Positions 1-20,292 of a stretch of DNA of 64,000 bases are shown piece after piece. The notes under the pieces are model-generated. The model was not told where the DNA came from and searched no databases. It worked only from the letters and a program-made list of their open reading frames with translations. The position numbers were made by a program, and so were the translations under genes. The DNA is from Octopus vulgaris. Lineage: Eukaryota. Where the stretch lies: assembly GCA_951406725.2 (NCBI GenBank), contig OX597816.1:182356137-182420136 (forward strand), given 5' to 3'. Position 1 is the first letter of the stretch, and the number at the start of each line of letters is the position of its first letter.

Positions 1-1525
<1,525 letters not shown>

Positions 1526-2224
1526 CGTTTCCGTAAGTGCTATGCATAAGGCTTGATTGCATGCAACAAAGTCTCTCAGGAACTGGATCTTTGTCCTGTT
1601 ACTGAGTGTTTGCAGTCCTCTGATGTTCAGTAGGAGCATCGAGGTGAGGTGTACGTTGTTGCCGGCGGTGTCCATCCTGGGTCTGTTTGCTGTGGTGGTC
1701 TGGTATATAGTTGGTAGTCCCACCTGCGGGCTTCGGTTTGATGAAGCCAGGTCAGATGCTGTACAATCTTTTGTGCCATGCACACAAAAGATTGTTGGTC
1801 AGCAGCTGCCCTGCTGCCCTTTCGACAACATCATGTTGGCAGTTTGTGGCACGCACAACATCTGCGTACCTCCGCTTTGGGGCAAGTGGTGTGTGGTCCA
1901 TCTCTTTTCCTTGTGTTGATGGTTTGTCCATCTGCCTCGTGTCTCTGTGGCAGGGTCCCCGATGTGCAAAGCGGCAGCCTGCACCTTCCTCTCCATGCCA
2001 GCAGGAACCTCTCAGGTAGAACCTACACACCCGTGTGCGCTGTTTGTTTCCATCTTTTGCGGTTCCACTTCTATTCCTGGTTTTTTCACCCTTTGGTCCT
2101 GCTTGAGCTTTTCCTTTAGCTCTTCCAGTCCTTCTTTTAGTTCTTCCTCCTCCCTCTACCTCTTCACCGGGTTCTCCGTCTCCATGGCCCTTGCTGCCGG
2201 TTGGAGAACTTGTACCTGGGTTCA
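1526..2224 (-). mobile_element. LINE family A internal fragment (ORF1 3' half with CCCH finger, ORF2 start)
   Basis: Closely matches 40357-41048 and 55781-56395. It encodes [22 protein letters not shown] and the start of the APE domain (LLLNIRGL). Confidence 0.93.
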
Positions 2225-2254
2225 TATATATGTATATATATATGTATGTATATA

Positions 2255-5424
<3,170 letters not shown>

Positions 5425-6083
5425 CCCCCCTGTCCCCCTCCTCACCTATCCTTCCCCCCCGACCCCTACTTCTTCAGTCCTTCATCCTTTCACCCCTACT
5501 CCCCTTCCCTTCTTCCCTCTTTCTCCCTCCCTCCTTCCCTCTTCCCTCTGCTCCCTCACTCCCCTTCTCTCTCCCCCTCCCCCTCTTTCCTCCTTCCTCC
5601 CCCCTCCCTCTCTCCCCCCTCTTCCCCCTCCCCCTCTTCTCCTCACTACACCACACGACTTTACACATCACATCATATATGATGTGCCATACTAATACAT
5701 ACACCAACTAATACATACTAATACGTACTAATACATACTAATACATACTAATACATACACCAACCCTATACATACACACGTCCAGACTCCTCATACGCAT
5801 TTATACTCTCTCATACACACACACACACACTTATACATACTAATACGTACTAATACATACTAATACATACTAATACATACACCAACCCCATACATACGCC
5901 TGTCCAGACCTATCCTAGGGTCATTCAACCCTATTATCAACCCTATTATCTCCGCTTATTTCGCTCTTGCGTCTCATGTTTGATCTTTGACCTCTGGCCG
6001 AAATCAGATCGCCATGTTGATTCGTTAGTTACTGCACGCATTTTTTTCTCTCCTTCTTTCTGTGTTTTTTTTCTCTCTGTGTA

Positions 6084-6121
6084 TCTTTCTGTTGAAGAGC
6101 GTAGGCTCGAAACGTTAAAGA
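6084..6121 (+). ncRNA. Variant minimal hammerhead-like motif in the P1 tail
   Basis: tcttt-CTGTTGA-a-gagc.gtag.gctc-GAAA-cg-TT-aaaga. Stems I and II are perfect and stem III is the palindrome aacgtt, but the core has A6U plus an extra A. Confidence 0.65.
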
Positions 6122-6218
6122 CTTGTTTTATTTATATTTCCTGAGCGCCATACTAATACAATTGTTTGTTTGTTTTCCACCTGCCTTCGTCTTTTGTCTA
6201 TTTTCATAAAGCTTCCCG

Positions 6219-6358
<140 letters not shown>

Positions 6359-6444
6359 ATATATGTTAGTTAGTTAGTTAATTTGGCTCAAAAGCAAATA
6401 GCAAGGCCATGTAGGGGGACATGGAGTTAAGTACAGGGTGGTGT

Positions 6445-9332
6445 TCATGTAAAGAGTTCAGGCCACTTGAGGTCCAGGGAGGCTTTGAACAAAGCGGTCG
6501 TCGGCATCTTCACCATCTCGTGTGGCAGCTTGTTCCACGGATCCGCAACCCGGACGGAGAAAGCTCCTCTCCTTCGATTGAGATGAAATCGTCGCAGGTA
6601 GAGCTTTTCGGAATGACCCCGCAGCCGACGCTCCGGAGCAGGAGTGAAGAACAGCTCTTTCGAGAGGTTACACTTCCCGCTTATGATGTTGTGCGCGAGA
6701 ATGAGATCATCACGGCGGCGGCGTTTTTCAAGAGAATAAAGGTCGAGCGTCCTCAGCCTTTCTTCGTAGGACAAATTTTTGAGACCATGAACCATGCGGG
6801 TAGCCAGCCTCTGGACTCTTTCGAGATGCTGTATGTCTTTGAGGAGATAAGGAGAAGAGGCTTGAATCCCATACTCCAATATGAGTCTCACCAGCGTGAC
6901 ATAGAGTGGCAGGAATATGGCTGCTGTGAGCATTCCGAATGACCGTCGAATCAAAACAGAATTCCGCGCGCTTTGTTGGCAGCATGGACGCACTGGGCCG
7001 AAGGCGAAAAGGAGGAATCCACCAAGATACCCAGGTCCTTTACCTGATCGGTCCTCTCCAGCAGCAGACGACCCGACTCGAAATCAAGTTGAGTTGCAGG
7101 AGTAGAGCCGACAGGCAGATGACAGCACTTTGACACGTTCAGCCACAGGTCCCAATCGTTAGACCACTTCCAAATTTGGTGGAGGCATCGACGAAGATCC
7201 TCTATATTACCGCGAGGAGCGACCAGTTTGATATCGTCGGCAAATAGAAGGGTGTGTTGCGTGAGGTCGTCGGGCAAGTCATTCATGAAGACTAAGAACA
7301 ACAAGGGCCCAAGCACTGAACCTTGAGGCACGCCACTGCTCGCACTGGAGACGTCGGACCGCGAACCATTAACTTGAACTTGGAAGGAGCGATCTGAGAG
7401 GAAGGCACCAACCCATCGTACAATATCCGGATGGAAACTATATGCTTGAAGCTTGACAAGTAGTAGGCGGTGGTTTACCGAGTCAAAAGCTTTGGCAAAG
7501 TCCAATAAAACGATGTCAACAGCATCACTATCATCGAGGATGCGCGTCACCAATTCTTCCATTACTAGTAAGTTGGTCAAGCATGATCTCTTCGGCACGA
7601 AGCCGTGTTGGGAATCAGTGATCGAGGCTGTGTTTAGGAGGTGGAGCATCATACTTTTCTTAAGGATGGTTTCGAACATCTTGCTGATTATTGATGTAAG
7701 GGAAACCGGTCTGTAGTTAAGCGGGTCTTCGCGGCTCCCTTTCTTGAAAATTGGGCAGATTATCGCTGTTCTCCAGTCTGCAGGTATAACACCCGTCGCC
7801 AATGACATATTGAATAGTCGTGTTAAGGGCTCGCAGATGACCGGAGCCAACGCTTTGATAACCCGTGGGTGTATGCCGTCAGGGCCGTGACCCTTGTTGA
7901 CATCGAGGCCTTGAATAACACGTTTGACTTCGTCCCGCGTGATGATCAATCGAAGCATTGGAGGTACCGATCTATCAAATGGAGGGGGTTCATGACCATC
8001 ATCTTGTTTGAAAATAGTTGAAAAAGCCTCGGCAAATAATTGACTCTGTTGATAAGGGTCCTCAATCGATACGCCTGTTGAGTCTACCAACGTTGCAATC
8101 TGGTTGTTCAAGCGGGAATTCCGCTGGACATGGGCAAAGAAGGTTTTTGGATTGCTACTGGCATTTGCCGCGATTTTGTATTCATAACTGAAGCGTTCTT
8201 TCTTTTCAATTTTCACGGCTCGGTCTCGTTGAGTTTTGTACACCTCAAAAGCTGCAGTCGAATCCAGATTTTTGAATTCAGCCCAAGCAATATCTCTGAG
8301 TCGACGTTCTCGTTTAACCTTCTTCGTCACCCAGGGCTTGTGTTTCTTCCTCTTGGGAAGCCCAACGGGAACTGCCTGGTCAGTCAAACAGATTACATAT
8401 GCTTTGAGGGATGACCATAGTTCGTCAACTGAGGACAACGTCATCAGGGATCGCCAGTCCAGAAGCGCGGAAGCCTCGGTTAGAATTTCAAGATTAATTG
8501 CAGAGAAGACTCTATGTGGCAGCGAAGTAATCGTGGGCGTGGAAAAAGTTGTGTGCATGACGAACTTCAGGACCGCATGATCACTCTTGGCAAGAGGGGC
8601 GCACACAGATACGTCTGACACTGATCTTGGATAGCGGGAGAATACCAGATCTAGCATAGATGGCTGCTGCCCAGACCGATGCCTTGTCGGATATTCAACA
8701 TGTTGCGATAGAAAACAATCTTCAGCCACGTCAAGAAGGGCCTGGCCGAACCGGGAAGATGTTGTACAACTTGATGCGGGCCAATCGATCGTGGGAGCGT
8801 TGAAGTCGCCTAGTACCAAGCAGTCATGCGAAGCTGAAACGAATCTTATCGCTTCGAGTAGATGAGCATCGTCCTGGGGGTCGGCTAGAGGCGGCCTGTA
8901 GACAGCCAACACGGGCAGGCAAAACTCAGATAGGCTCAGCTTGCAATAGACGGCATCGAATTTGGTTGTAGGTTGAGCATTTGTGGGTAGAATACCGCAG
9001 GACGGTTTGTGCTCAGACTTAACATACACAGCAACACCTCCACCTCGCCTTTTCCCTCTGTCACATCTGAAAAGGATGTAGCCCTGCAGGTGGATTTCTG
9101 AGTCCTTTACTGCTGGAGTCAGCCAAGTCTCGGTGATAGCTATCACATCAGGGGAGTCCCGTATGGCCAGTGTAAATAGTTCACTGAACTTTGGGAATAA
9201 GGAGCACGAGTTGGTGTAGACGATGCTGAGCTGTGAAGTCTGAGGGGCGGGAGTTGGGGAACAAGCAGAATGAAGGGCATCAGAGATAGCATCGTTGACG
9301 GGAGTATCAACTTCACTTCGATTTGCCCTCAC
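6445..9332 (-). pseudogene. LINE B ORF2 (APE endonuclease + RT), one frameshift near 6970
   Basis: Two overlapping ORFs of 793 aa and 182 aa continue one CR1-type protein ending ...LRGH...FSVRVADPWNKLP. Confidence 0.92.
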
Positions 9333-10788
9333 ATCACTTTCCCTGTCAGCACTACAGCATGGGACCAGAGGTAGGACTTGATTATCTGTCTATCTTGGAT
9401 TCGTAAACCCTTCTCTCCCATTTGTTTCCTCATCTTTAGCTCGGATATCAGGTTCCTCCGGCGAATTCTCTCTCTTAGTGAGTATTCCTCGCGAAAACCC
9501 ATATTGGGGTCCTCCCAGGCATGCGTCTGAGCTCTGTTCAGAAAGACTGAAGCCTCCCGATCAGAAGAAAAGATTACCCTTATTGGGCGTGGTCTAGTAT
9601 CTGCGGTTGGGTTCGCTTGGAATCTTCCTAGCCGAGCGACCTTAAGAACACTGACATTTTCGTTCACAGAGAACAATTCTCCAACCAAAATGGAAACAAA
9701 ATTAATGTCATATTTTAGGCGGTTTATGCCTGTATCACAGGTGGATTCAGCTTTGCCATATATTATTGCCGATCTTGAGTGGGCAAAAGTTCTCTACTAT
9801 GAGCTGCGGTATTCGATTCTTCATTGGAGGATTTCGAAAGGGTGGTTTCATAGCCATCGGACTTATGTCGGCCTGTGGGGTCGATCGGAATGGATTTAGT
9901 GGTCATAATTTTCCCGCCTGGTTTGGAACTGCACTGCCTCTTCTTCGGTTTGGGGGAGCACCACTCCCCAGATGAACTCACATCGAGATCGTTCAGAATT
10001 GGTTGAGCAATGGCATTAATGGGAAGGACAAGTGAAGGAGAATCCAAACAGATTTTATCGTGATCAGGTTTCATAGCCAAATCTGCCCCTCTGGAGTTTT
10101 GACTACGTTTCTTCTTTTGGGGAAAACAACGGTCTTCAGGTGGGTTTGAGTCTACGCTCTTCAAACTAGGTTGGGGAACCTCCGGGACCGAAAAGGCAGA
10201 TGAGGAAGAATCCGCACAGGAACGATCATGTGCAGGAACGACCGCCGGTTCCCTCGCCTTCTTTGGCCGCTTCGATTTTGTTCCCTTCGGTTTGGACGTC
10301 TCCAGGGAAGAAATCAAGGGTGACTCTGTGTCAACAGGAGACCGTTTATCGTGGTCAGGTTTCGTAGCTAAATCCGCCCCACTGGAGTTTTGACGACGTT
10401 TCCTCTTTTGGGGAGAACAACGGTCTTCAGGTGGGTTTGAGTCTACGCTCCTCAAATTAGGTTGGGGAACCTCCGGGACCGAAAAGGCAGATGAGGAAGA
10501 ATCCGCACAGGAACGATCATGTGCAGAAACGACCACCGGTTCCTTCGCCTTCTTTGGCCGCTTCGATTTTGTTCCCTTCGGTTTGGACGTCTCCAGGGAA
10601 GAAATCAAGGGTGACTCTGCGTCAACAGGAAACTGTTTATTCAGTAAGAGAGCAACAACAGACTTTAGGTGCTCAACCTCTTGTTTGAGCAACAGCAACT
10701 GCTCGTTGAGCTGACTATTGGTAGGACCATCATCTTGATGAGAAGCCCTACTTGCAGATCTCAGTTTCGATGCGTAGGTAGCTGACAT
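9329..10788 (-). pseudogene. LINE B ORF1, interrupted, with a 291-bp internal tandem duplication
   Basis: 341-aa and 119-aa ORFs. The 97-aa block PVD.ESPLISSLE...KPDHDK occurs twice (10055-10339 and 10346-10630). Confidence 0.8.
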
Positions 10789-12074
10789 GATGGATGGTTG
10801 ACTAAAAACAATCTTCTATAGGCTCTAGGACAAATCGGGGTTAAATCAGGAACAAAAAACAGGTGCAATCCTTGTAGGAGTAGGCAACAGCAGACAAAAT
10901 CTGAGAGAGTTTGGGCTGAGCCGAATCACAATCCAAGATTGAAAGCAGACGGTGCAACGAGTCGGGAACCCTTCCTAATTGTCTGAAGCAGCTTTAGGAT
11001 AAGGGATAGTATGTCCAAACTTTAGAATATTGATATGCATGTAACATGTTCCACACGATTAAATATCACTTGACGTGCCATTTAGTACTTCAATAATTGC
11101 ATCTGCGCATGTTTGTATATGTGTGAATACCGTGTTTATGTGCGAGAAGGCACATGTTTTTGTCTACTGTTAAATTAGATTATTAATTTTTCTTTTTTTT
11201 CTCACGTTTTTCCCTTTTAAGTATTTCTTTTTAAAGTAAATTATACGTTGGAGGGAGGGCTGGGGGTTTGTTTTTATAGTAAATTCTCTTTTCTCCCAGC
11301 ACAGAGAAAGAAAGGGATTTTTCGTTGGTGCCACCGGTATAATTCAGACACGGAGAAAGACATTTCGGTGTCATCGTCAACTTGAATGTTTCTAATTGTA
11401 GCGATAGTAGTAACTGCAGTAAATTCTGATAGCAGCAGTAGTAATAGCTCATAAAGTGAGATGAAGAACGGTCGGTCAAATAGAGTTCAAATTGACCGCA
11501 ACAGTGTTGATGGAACTTGTAAAACAGTGACCTTGACTTTGAGAAAAATCAAAGGAGGGGCCGACTATAAACAGTACTTGTGAATAGAGTCATGTACGAG
11601 CAGAGCGAAACTATAAATAGTATTTTTCTTTTCTTTTTCTTTTTTTTCTTCTTATTCTCCACGTGTTTAATAATGCGATTGCAATAAAAGGTATGTCAAG
11701 AAGAAGATAAAGTTTAGCTGGTGTTTACGTCCATACTTTTAGCGTGCATTTAATTGTGTTGTTACAATAAAGGCATTTTACATAATCTGATACTCAAGGA
11801 AGAGGTGACGGCAAAATGTTCACACAAAAAAGGGAGATATTTATGATTCTAAAATTTTTGTCCCAAACTGTAGGTTTGGAATTCTTTAACTTATTTTGAG
11901 GAAATTCAAATTACTCACAGAAAGTAGTAGATCTTCCAGTAATTACAGTTGTTTATCAGTAATCCTGCTGGGTTGTATTTGTTATTCTGTGTCTTCTGTG
12001 TCTTTGGCCGCTGACAGGTCAGGAGCGGCGAAAACACGTCAGCCACTGTGGATTCCTTTACTACTATATATATG

Positions 12075-13391
<1,317 letters not shown>

Positions 13392-13499
13392 GCCTTCATG
13401 GGAAACATGTATTTTTGTGGTTGAAACCTTTTGGATTTACTAGTGCTAGAGTGAGCCACATAGTGACCACTCTCTTATATTTATTTTTATATATATATG

Positions 13500-13557
<58 letters not shown>

Positions 13558-13563
13558 CATATA

Positions 13564-13603
<40 letters not shown>

Positions 13604-13610
13604 GTATATA

Positions 13611-13692
<82 letters not shown>

Positions 13693-13701
13693 AATATATA
13701 T

Positions 13702-14828
13702 ATTCAGGGGCAGGTAATTGAGGGGCAGGTAATTCAGGGCATGTAATTCAGAAACATGTAATTCAGGAGCAGGTAATTCACGGTCATGTAATTCAGGGGT
13801 ATGTTATTCAGGGGCAGGAAATTCAAGGGCAGGTAATTCAGGGGCAGGTAATTCAACTGATTCGTCGTTGTCAAACGGCGAAGATCCACCACCACTTGGT
13901 TTAAAAGCTTTATTTCTAACAAAACATATGAAACTCAAAGCAACCAACACCCCCTATTCTTTTATATACGTGTTTTAAACTAAGGGGCAGGTAATTCAGG
14001 AGCAGGTAATTCAGGGGCAGGTAATTGAGAGGCAGGTAATTGAGAGGCATGTAATTCAGGGGCATGTAATTCAGGGGCAGTTAATTTAGGGGCATGTAAT
14101 TCAGGGGCATGTAATTCAGGTAGAGGTAATTCAGGGGGCATGTAAATCAGGGGCAAGTAATTAAGGGGCAGGTAATTTAGGGCTATGTAATTGAGGGGCA
14201 GGTAATTTTGGCGATGTAATTCAGGGGCAGGTAATTCAGAGGCATGGAATTCAGCGGCACGTAATTGAGGGCCATGTAATTAAGGGACAGTTAATTCAGT
14301 TGTAATTCAACGAAATCGTCGTTGTCAAACCTTTAAAACCTTTATTTCTAACAAAACATATGAAACTCAAAGCAACCAACACCTATTCATTTATAAACGT
14401 GTTTAAAATTAAGGGGCAGGTAATTCAGGAGCATGTAATTCAGGGGCAGGTAATTCAGTGGCAGGTAATTCAGAGGCAGGTAATTCAGGGCATGTAATTC
14501 AGGGGCAGGTAATTCAGTGGCATGTAATTCAGGGGCAGATAATCCAGGGGTAGGTAATTCAGGGCATGTAATTCAGGGGCAGGTAATTCAGGGCATGTAA
14601 TTCAGGGGCAGGTTATTCAGGGGCAGATAATCCAGGGGCAGGTAATTCAGAGGCAGGTAATTCAGGGCATGTAATTCAGGGGCAGGTAATTCAGGGGCAG
14701 GTAATTCAGGGGCAGGTAATTCAGAGGCAGGTAATTCAGGGCATGTAATTCAGGGGCAGGTAATTCAGTGGCATCTAATTCAGGGGCAGGTAATTCAGGG
14801 GCAGATAATCCAGGGGGTAGGTAATTCA
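13702..14828. repeat. 14/15-bp minisatellite (AATTCAGGGGCAGGT)n with two related AT-rich spacers
   Basis: Tandem units are directly visible. The spacers at about 13855-13983 and 14305-14412 are copies of each other. Confidence 0.95.
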
Positions 14829-14835
14829 TATATAT

Positions 14836-14883
<48 letters not shown>

Positions 14884-14889
14884 ATATAT

Positions 14890-14934
<45 letters not shown>

Positions 14935-15096
14935 CAAGCACATACATGCATAAATGTATACATATGTTTATACAAATGCATACACATACACACACTCACG
15001 CGCCTCCTTATATACATAAATACATACATGCATACAAACGCATACTCATGTAATAAATAATGAATAATAATATTATTCATATATATATATATATGT

Positions 15097-15140
<44 letters not shown>

Positions 15141-15160
15141 TCATATATATATATATATGT

Positions 15161-15209
<49 letters not shown>

Positions 15210-15361
15210 ATATATATATATGTATACATATATATATATATGTATACATAGTCCTGTAGAAGCTCCTTCTATATAATAAATTAATTTACTCTGCTATGTA
15301 TTGAGTACCTTCTTTACTGTGGTTAACCCCGACTCAACCCGGGACCTACATATATATATAC

Positions 15362-16290
<929 letters not shown>

Positions 16291-16543
16291 TTGTACATAC
16301 ATACCATCATGGATACATACACCCATATACACGCGCACATATACGCGCGCATACACGGCTCCAAGCCTATAAGCATACACACGCACTCACGTGTAAACAT
16401 GTACATAAACACACGTACACCCACACGCACGCGCGTACACATACATACATACAACAGAATATCCGCATATATACACGGATATTATACGTGTACACACCCA
16501 TATATACATACGTGCGTCCATCCTTACATACATATATATATAC

Positions 16544-16590
<47 letters not shown>

Positions 16591-16644
16591 CATATATATA
16601 TATGTATATATACATATATATATATATGTATATATACATATATA

Positions 16645-16690
<46 letters not shown>

Positions 16691-16705
16691 TATATGTATG
16701 TATAC

Positions 16706-16762
<57 letters not shown>

Positions 16763-16939
16763 TATATATCTATATATACATATATATTTATGTATATATA
16801 CATATATATATATATATACATATATATATACATATATATATATATACATATATATATACATATATATATATATACATATATATATATACATATATATATA
16901 TACATACATATATATATATATAGATACATATATATATAC

Positions 16940-16991
<52 letters not shown>

Positions 16992-17078
16992 GTATATATA
17001 CATATATATATATGTATATATACATAAATATATATGTATATATAGATATATATATATATGTATATATACATATATATA

Positions 17079-17118
<40 letters not shown>

Positions 17119-17271
17119 CATACATATATATATGTATATATACATATATATATATGTATATATACATATATATATATATGTATATATACTCTTTTTACTC
17201 TTTTACTCTTTTACTTGTTTCAGCCATCCGGCTGAGACCATGCTGGGGCACCGCCCTTGTTGCTACCCTCT

Positions 17272-20200
17272 CTAAGTCCAGTTTGCCGTGGCTGGCCACT
17301 GATCTAAGAGAGAGTTTGTAGCTGCTGCCCTTAGGTTACCTTCGTACCTTGCAGTGGGTTCATCTGGGATCCCGGAAAGCAGCTTGTCTAGATGTTTTTT
17401 GAAAATGTCCACATCCACATCATGTAGATCTCTTAGTTTTCTTGGCAGTTTGTTGAAAAGCTGAGGGCCCCTGAACCCCAGGCTATTACAGTATCTGCTC
17501 CTTACCCTGGATGTGGAAGACGGGACCTTTGGCACCACACAGTGACGTCCTGTACGGGGATTGGAACAGCTCTCAATTCCAAAATTTGGTGCTAGTCCCT
17601 CCAGGATTTTCCATATGTATATCACTGCATATCTCTCTCGTCTTCGTTCCAAGGAGTACAAATTGAGTTCCCTAAGCCTCTCCCAATAGTTCTTTTCTTT
17701 CATGGTGGAAATCCTCTTGGTGAAATGTCTTTGGATTGTCTCAAGCTCTGTGGTTAGTTTGACACTATGCGGTGACCACAGTTGGGAGCAGTAGTCCAGG
17801 CGGCTTAGGACAAATGTCCTCCATAGTGTCAACATGGTCTCGCAGTCTCTTGTCCGGAATGTCCTCAGGATCCAGCCAGTGAGTCGTCTGCACATTGTCG
17901 CCACCTTCGCGATGTGTGAAGAAAAAGATGCATCGTCACTCATGTCTATCCCCAGGTCCCGTATTGATTTCGATACTGGGATTTCGATCCCTCCTGGACC
18001 AGTATAGTTGTGTTGTAATGTATATGTGTTTACAGCTTGATATTGTAAGGCTTGAAATTTACCAGCATTAAATTGCATGTTGTTGTCTTCAGCCCATTTG
18101 TATATGGCATCCAGATCTTGTTGTAAAAGGTCAGCATCAGCTGGGTTTTTGATTGCCTGTGCTACCTTTGTGTCATCAGCATAGCTAGTGAGGGATGTTG
18201 TTTGTGCTACCAAGGGCATGTCAGAGAGCGCCACCAAAAACAGAAAGGGTCCCAAGACTGTGCCCTGTGGCACCCCGCTTGCTATTGGTGTCTTTCCCGA
18301 GAGGGCTCCATTGGCTGCAACCATCTGGCTTCTGTCCTTCAGGAAGTCATGTATCCACTCACCTACTTTTCCTGTTATGCCGAGTCTGAGTAATTTGTGA
18401 CATATCACTCCGTGGTCGACTTTGTCAAAGGCCTTCGCAAAGTCGAGATATACCACATCCACCTGTGAGCGATCCAGTAGTTGTTTCAGTACCCAGTCGT
18501 AGTGTTGTAACAGCTGCGTAAGGCAGCTTCTTCCTGGGCGAAAGCCATGCTGTGTGTCAGTGAGACGGTTAGTTTCTTCGAGGAACGTGATCAGTTTTTT
18601 TCTGATGATTCGTTCCATGACCTTACTTATGTGTGACGTCAGGGAGACTGGCCTGTAGTTTTTGGCCTCTGCTCTACTCCCTCCTTTGTGGATAGGGCAT
18701 ATGGTGCCTTCTTTTAGCGCCCTGGGCAGTTTACCGTTAGCCAAGGAACCACTGAAGAGCTTCTTCAGTGGTCCCGCTAGGGCATGCCTGCATGTTTTTA
18801 GGAGGACTGCTGGGAATCCATCTGGTCCAGCAGCTGAGTTTATTCTCATTTCTTCTATGGCAGATATTACATCCCTCTCTGTTATGTCTATGTGGTCGAT
18901 GGTTGTTGTTTGGTTTTGGAGTGTTGTGGCATCAAAGAAAACTTCTGGGTTTGTGATTTGCATGTGCCCCAGAGGGGATGTGAACACACTTTTATACTGT
19001 TCCTTTAGTATTTCACTTATCCCTTGGGGGTCCTCAGTTAGAGAGCCCTTTTTATCAAAGAGTGGGCCAATCTTGCAGTGTACCGAGGTGGTTTCTTTCG
19101 CAAATTTAAAGAAGGCTTTAGGGTTTGTTTTAATATTCTCTATGGCCCTGGCTTCTCTCTCTGCCCTCTCCTTCTCATAGGAAAGTTTGAGTGCAGTTTC
19201 CGTTTCAAAAAGTTTCAGGTGGAGTCCCTCATTGTTTCTCTGCCGTGCATTCAGTTGCTTCGAGAGCTTAGCTCTTCGCCTCATAAGTATTTTCCTGTCT
19301 CTGGGAATAACGTTCCTATGCCCGCTGGCTTTTTTCTCCGGGACAAACTTATGGCATATGTTCTGTATTGTTGTCATGAAATGTTGGAAATGTGTGTTGG
19401 TGTCTTGTGTGGTGATGAAGTCACTCCAGTCATGTTTTCGGATCTCTTCGTTGATCTTCTTCCAGTTTGCCTTATGGAAGTTTAGACTGGATAGGCCTGT
19501 GGTATTTTCTAATGGCTGCGTCTCAACTAACTCTCTCATACCATATATCATTACCTCTACTAAGTTGTGATCTGAGAGAATTGTTGGTGTTACCATTATG
19601 TTGTGGATGAGCATCGGGTTGCTTGTGAAACAGAGGTCCAAGACATTCTCACCTCTTGTTGGCCAAAGCACTGCTTGCTCCATGAAAAACTTGCGTGTGA
19701 GAGCCAACAAGGACTCTGTCTGTCTCTGTTCAAGTGATGTCATTCCAGGGAGGAGATGGCCATCTGGCCATTTGACTTTCGGAAGGTTAAAATCTCCCAG
19801 CAGTAGAATGGTGTTACGCTGGTCCAGTTTGTCCAGGACTTCTATTCTTCTGAGGCTATCTTCAAACACTCCTTCATGACTAGGGGTGTCTGGTGGCCGA
19901 TATGTGACACATATTACTATTTTCGGTTGTTTCATGTGTACTATCAGTGTGTCACAGACTGAGTTTGAGTGTGTCAACAGTACTATGGGTGTGACATCTT
20001 CACGGACGTACAGGGCAACCCCACCATGAGTTCTTTCCTTCCTGTCCGACCGAAAAACAGTATACTTCGGTATGTGTATTTCTGCATCTGCTATACTGCT
20101 TGACAGGTGCGTTTCAGTCAGCGCTATGCATATTGCATGGTTGCTTGTGCTCAAGTCCCTAAGGTAAGGAATTTTACCCATATTAGTGGGTTTCACCAGA

Positions 20201-20292
20201 CCTCTGACATTCAGCAGAAGCACTGGTGAGACACCCGGGGTGTCAATAAAGGCTGACGGTGTGGCACCTGGGCCGGCGTCAGCGGTGGCCAC
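17272..20292 (-). CDS. LINE ORF2: APE endonuclease + reverse transcriptase, 1006 aa
   Basis: LLNVRGL, LTETHL, GDFN, LSDH, then [28 protein letters not shown] and YADD, uninterrupted. The annotated start is GTG. Confidence 0.95.
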   Translation of the reverse strand: MATADAGPGATPSAFIDTPGVSPVLLLNVRGLVKPTNMGKIPYLRDLSTSNHAICIALTETHLSSSIADAEIHIPKYTVFRSDRKERTHGGVALYVREDVTPIVLLTHSNSVCDTLIVHMKQPKIVICVTYRPPDTPSHEGVFEDSLRRIEVLDKLDQRNTILLLGDFNLPKVKWPDGHLLPGMTSLEQRQTESLLALTRKFFMEQAVLWPTRGENVLDLCFTSNPMLIHNIMVTPTILSDHNLVEVMIYGMRELVETQPLENTTGLSSLNFHKANWKKINEEIRKHDWSDFITTQDTNTHFQHFMTTIQNICHKFVPEKKASGHRNVIPRDRKILMRRRAKLSKQLNARQRNNEGLHLKLFETETALKLSYEKERAEREARAIENIKTNPKAFFKFAKETTSVHCKIGPLFDKKGSLTEDPQGISEILKEQYKSVFTSPLGHMQITNPEVFFDATTLQNQTTTIDHIDITERDVISAIEEMRINSAAGPDGFPAVLLKTCRHALAGPLKKLFSGSLANGKLPRALKEGTICPIHKGGSRAEAKNYRPVSLTSHISKVMERIIRKKLITFLEETNRLTDTQHGFRPGRSCLTQLLQHYDWVLKQLLDRSQVDVVYLDFAKAFDKVDHGVICHKLLRLGITGKVGEWIHDFLKDRSQMVAANGALSGKTPIASGVPQGTVLGPFLFLVALSDMPLVAQTTSLTSYADDTKVAQAIKNPADADLLQQDLDAIYKWAEDNNMQFNAGKFQALQYQAVNTYTLQHNYTGPGGIEIPVSKSIRDLGIDMSDDASFSSHIAKVATMCRRLTGWILRTFRTRDCETMLTLWRTFVLSRLDYCSQLWSPHSVKLTTELETIQRHFTKRISTMKEKNYWERLRELNLYSLERRRERYAVIYIWKILEGLAPNFGIESCSNPRTGRHCVVPKVPSSTSRVRSRYCNSLGFRGPQLFNKLPRKLRDLHDVDVDIFKKHLDKLLSGIPDEPTARYEGNLRAAATNSLLDQWPATANWT

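Larger units (their letters stand above)
6365..10960 (-). mobile_element. LINE family B (CR1-like), near full length; 5' end approximate
   Basis: ORF1 pieces 10788-9763 and 9688-9329 (RLG...RPRPIRVIF). ORF2 9332-6951 plus 6993-6445 has APE (ITETW, GDFN, SDH) and RT (GVPQGSVLGP, FADD). The 3' tail is (TAAC)n at 6365-6379. Confidence 0.93.

Noticed and set aside
12005-12046. Hammerhead-like string ctgacag...gaaa...gtc near the TA junction
   Set aside because: The core deviates (CUGACAG), stem III does not pair and a competing gccgct/agcggc hairpin sequesters the core.
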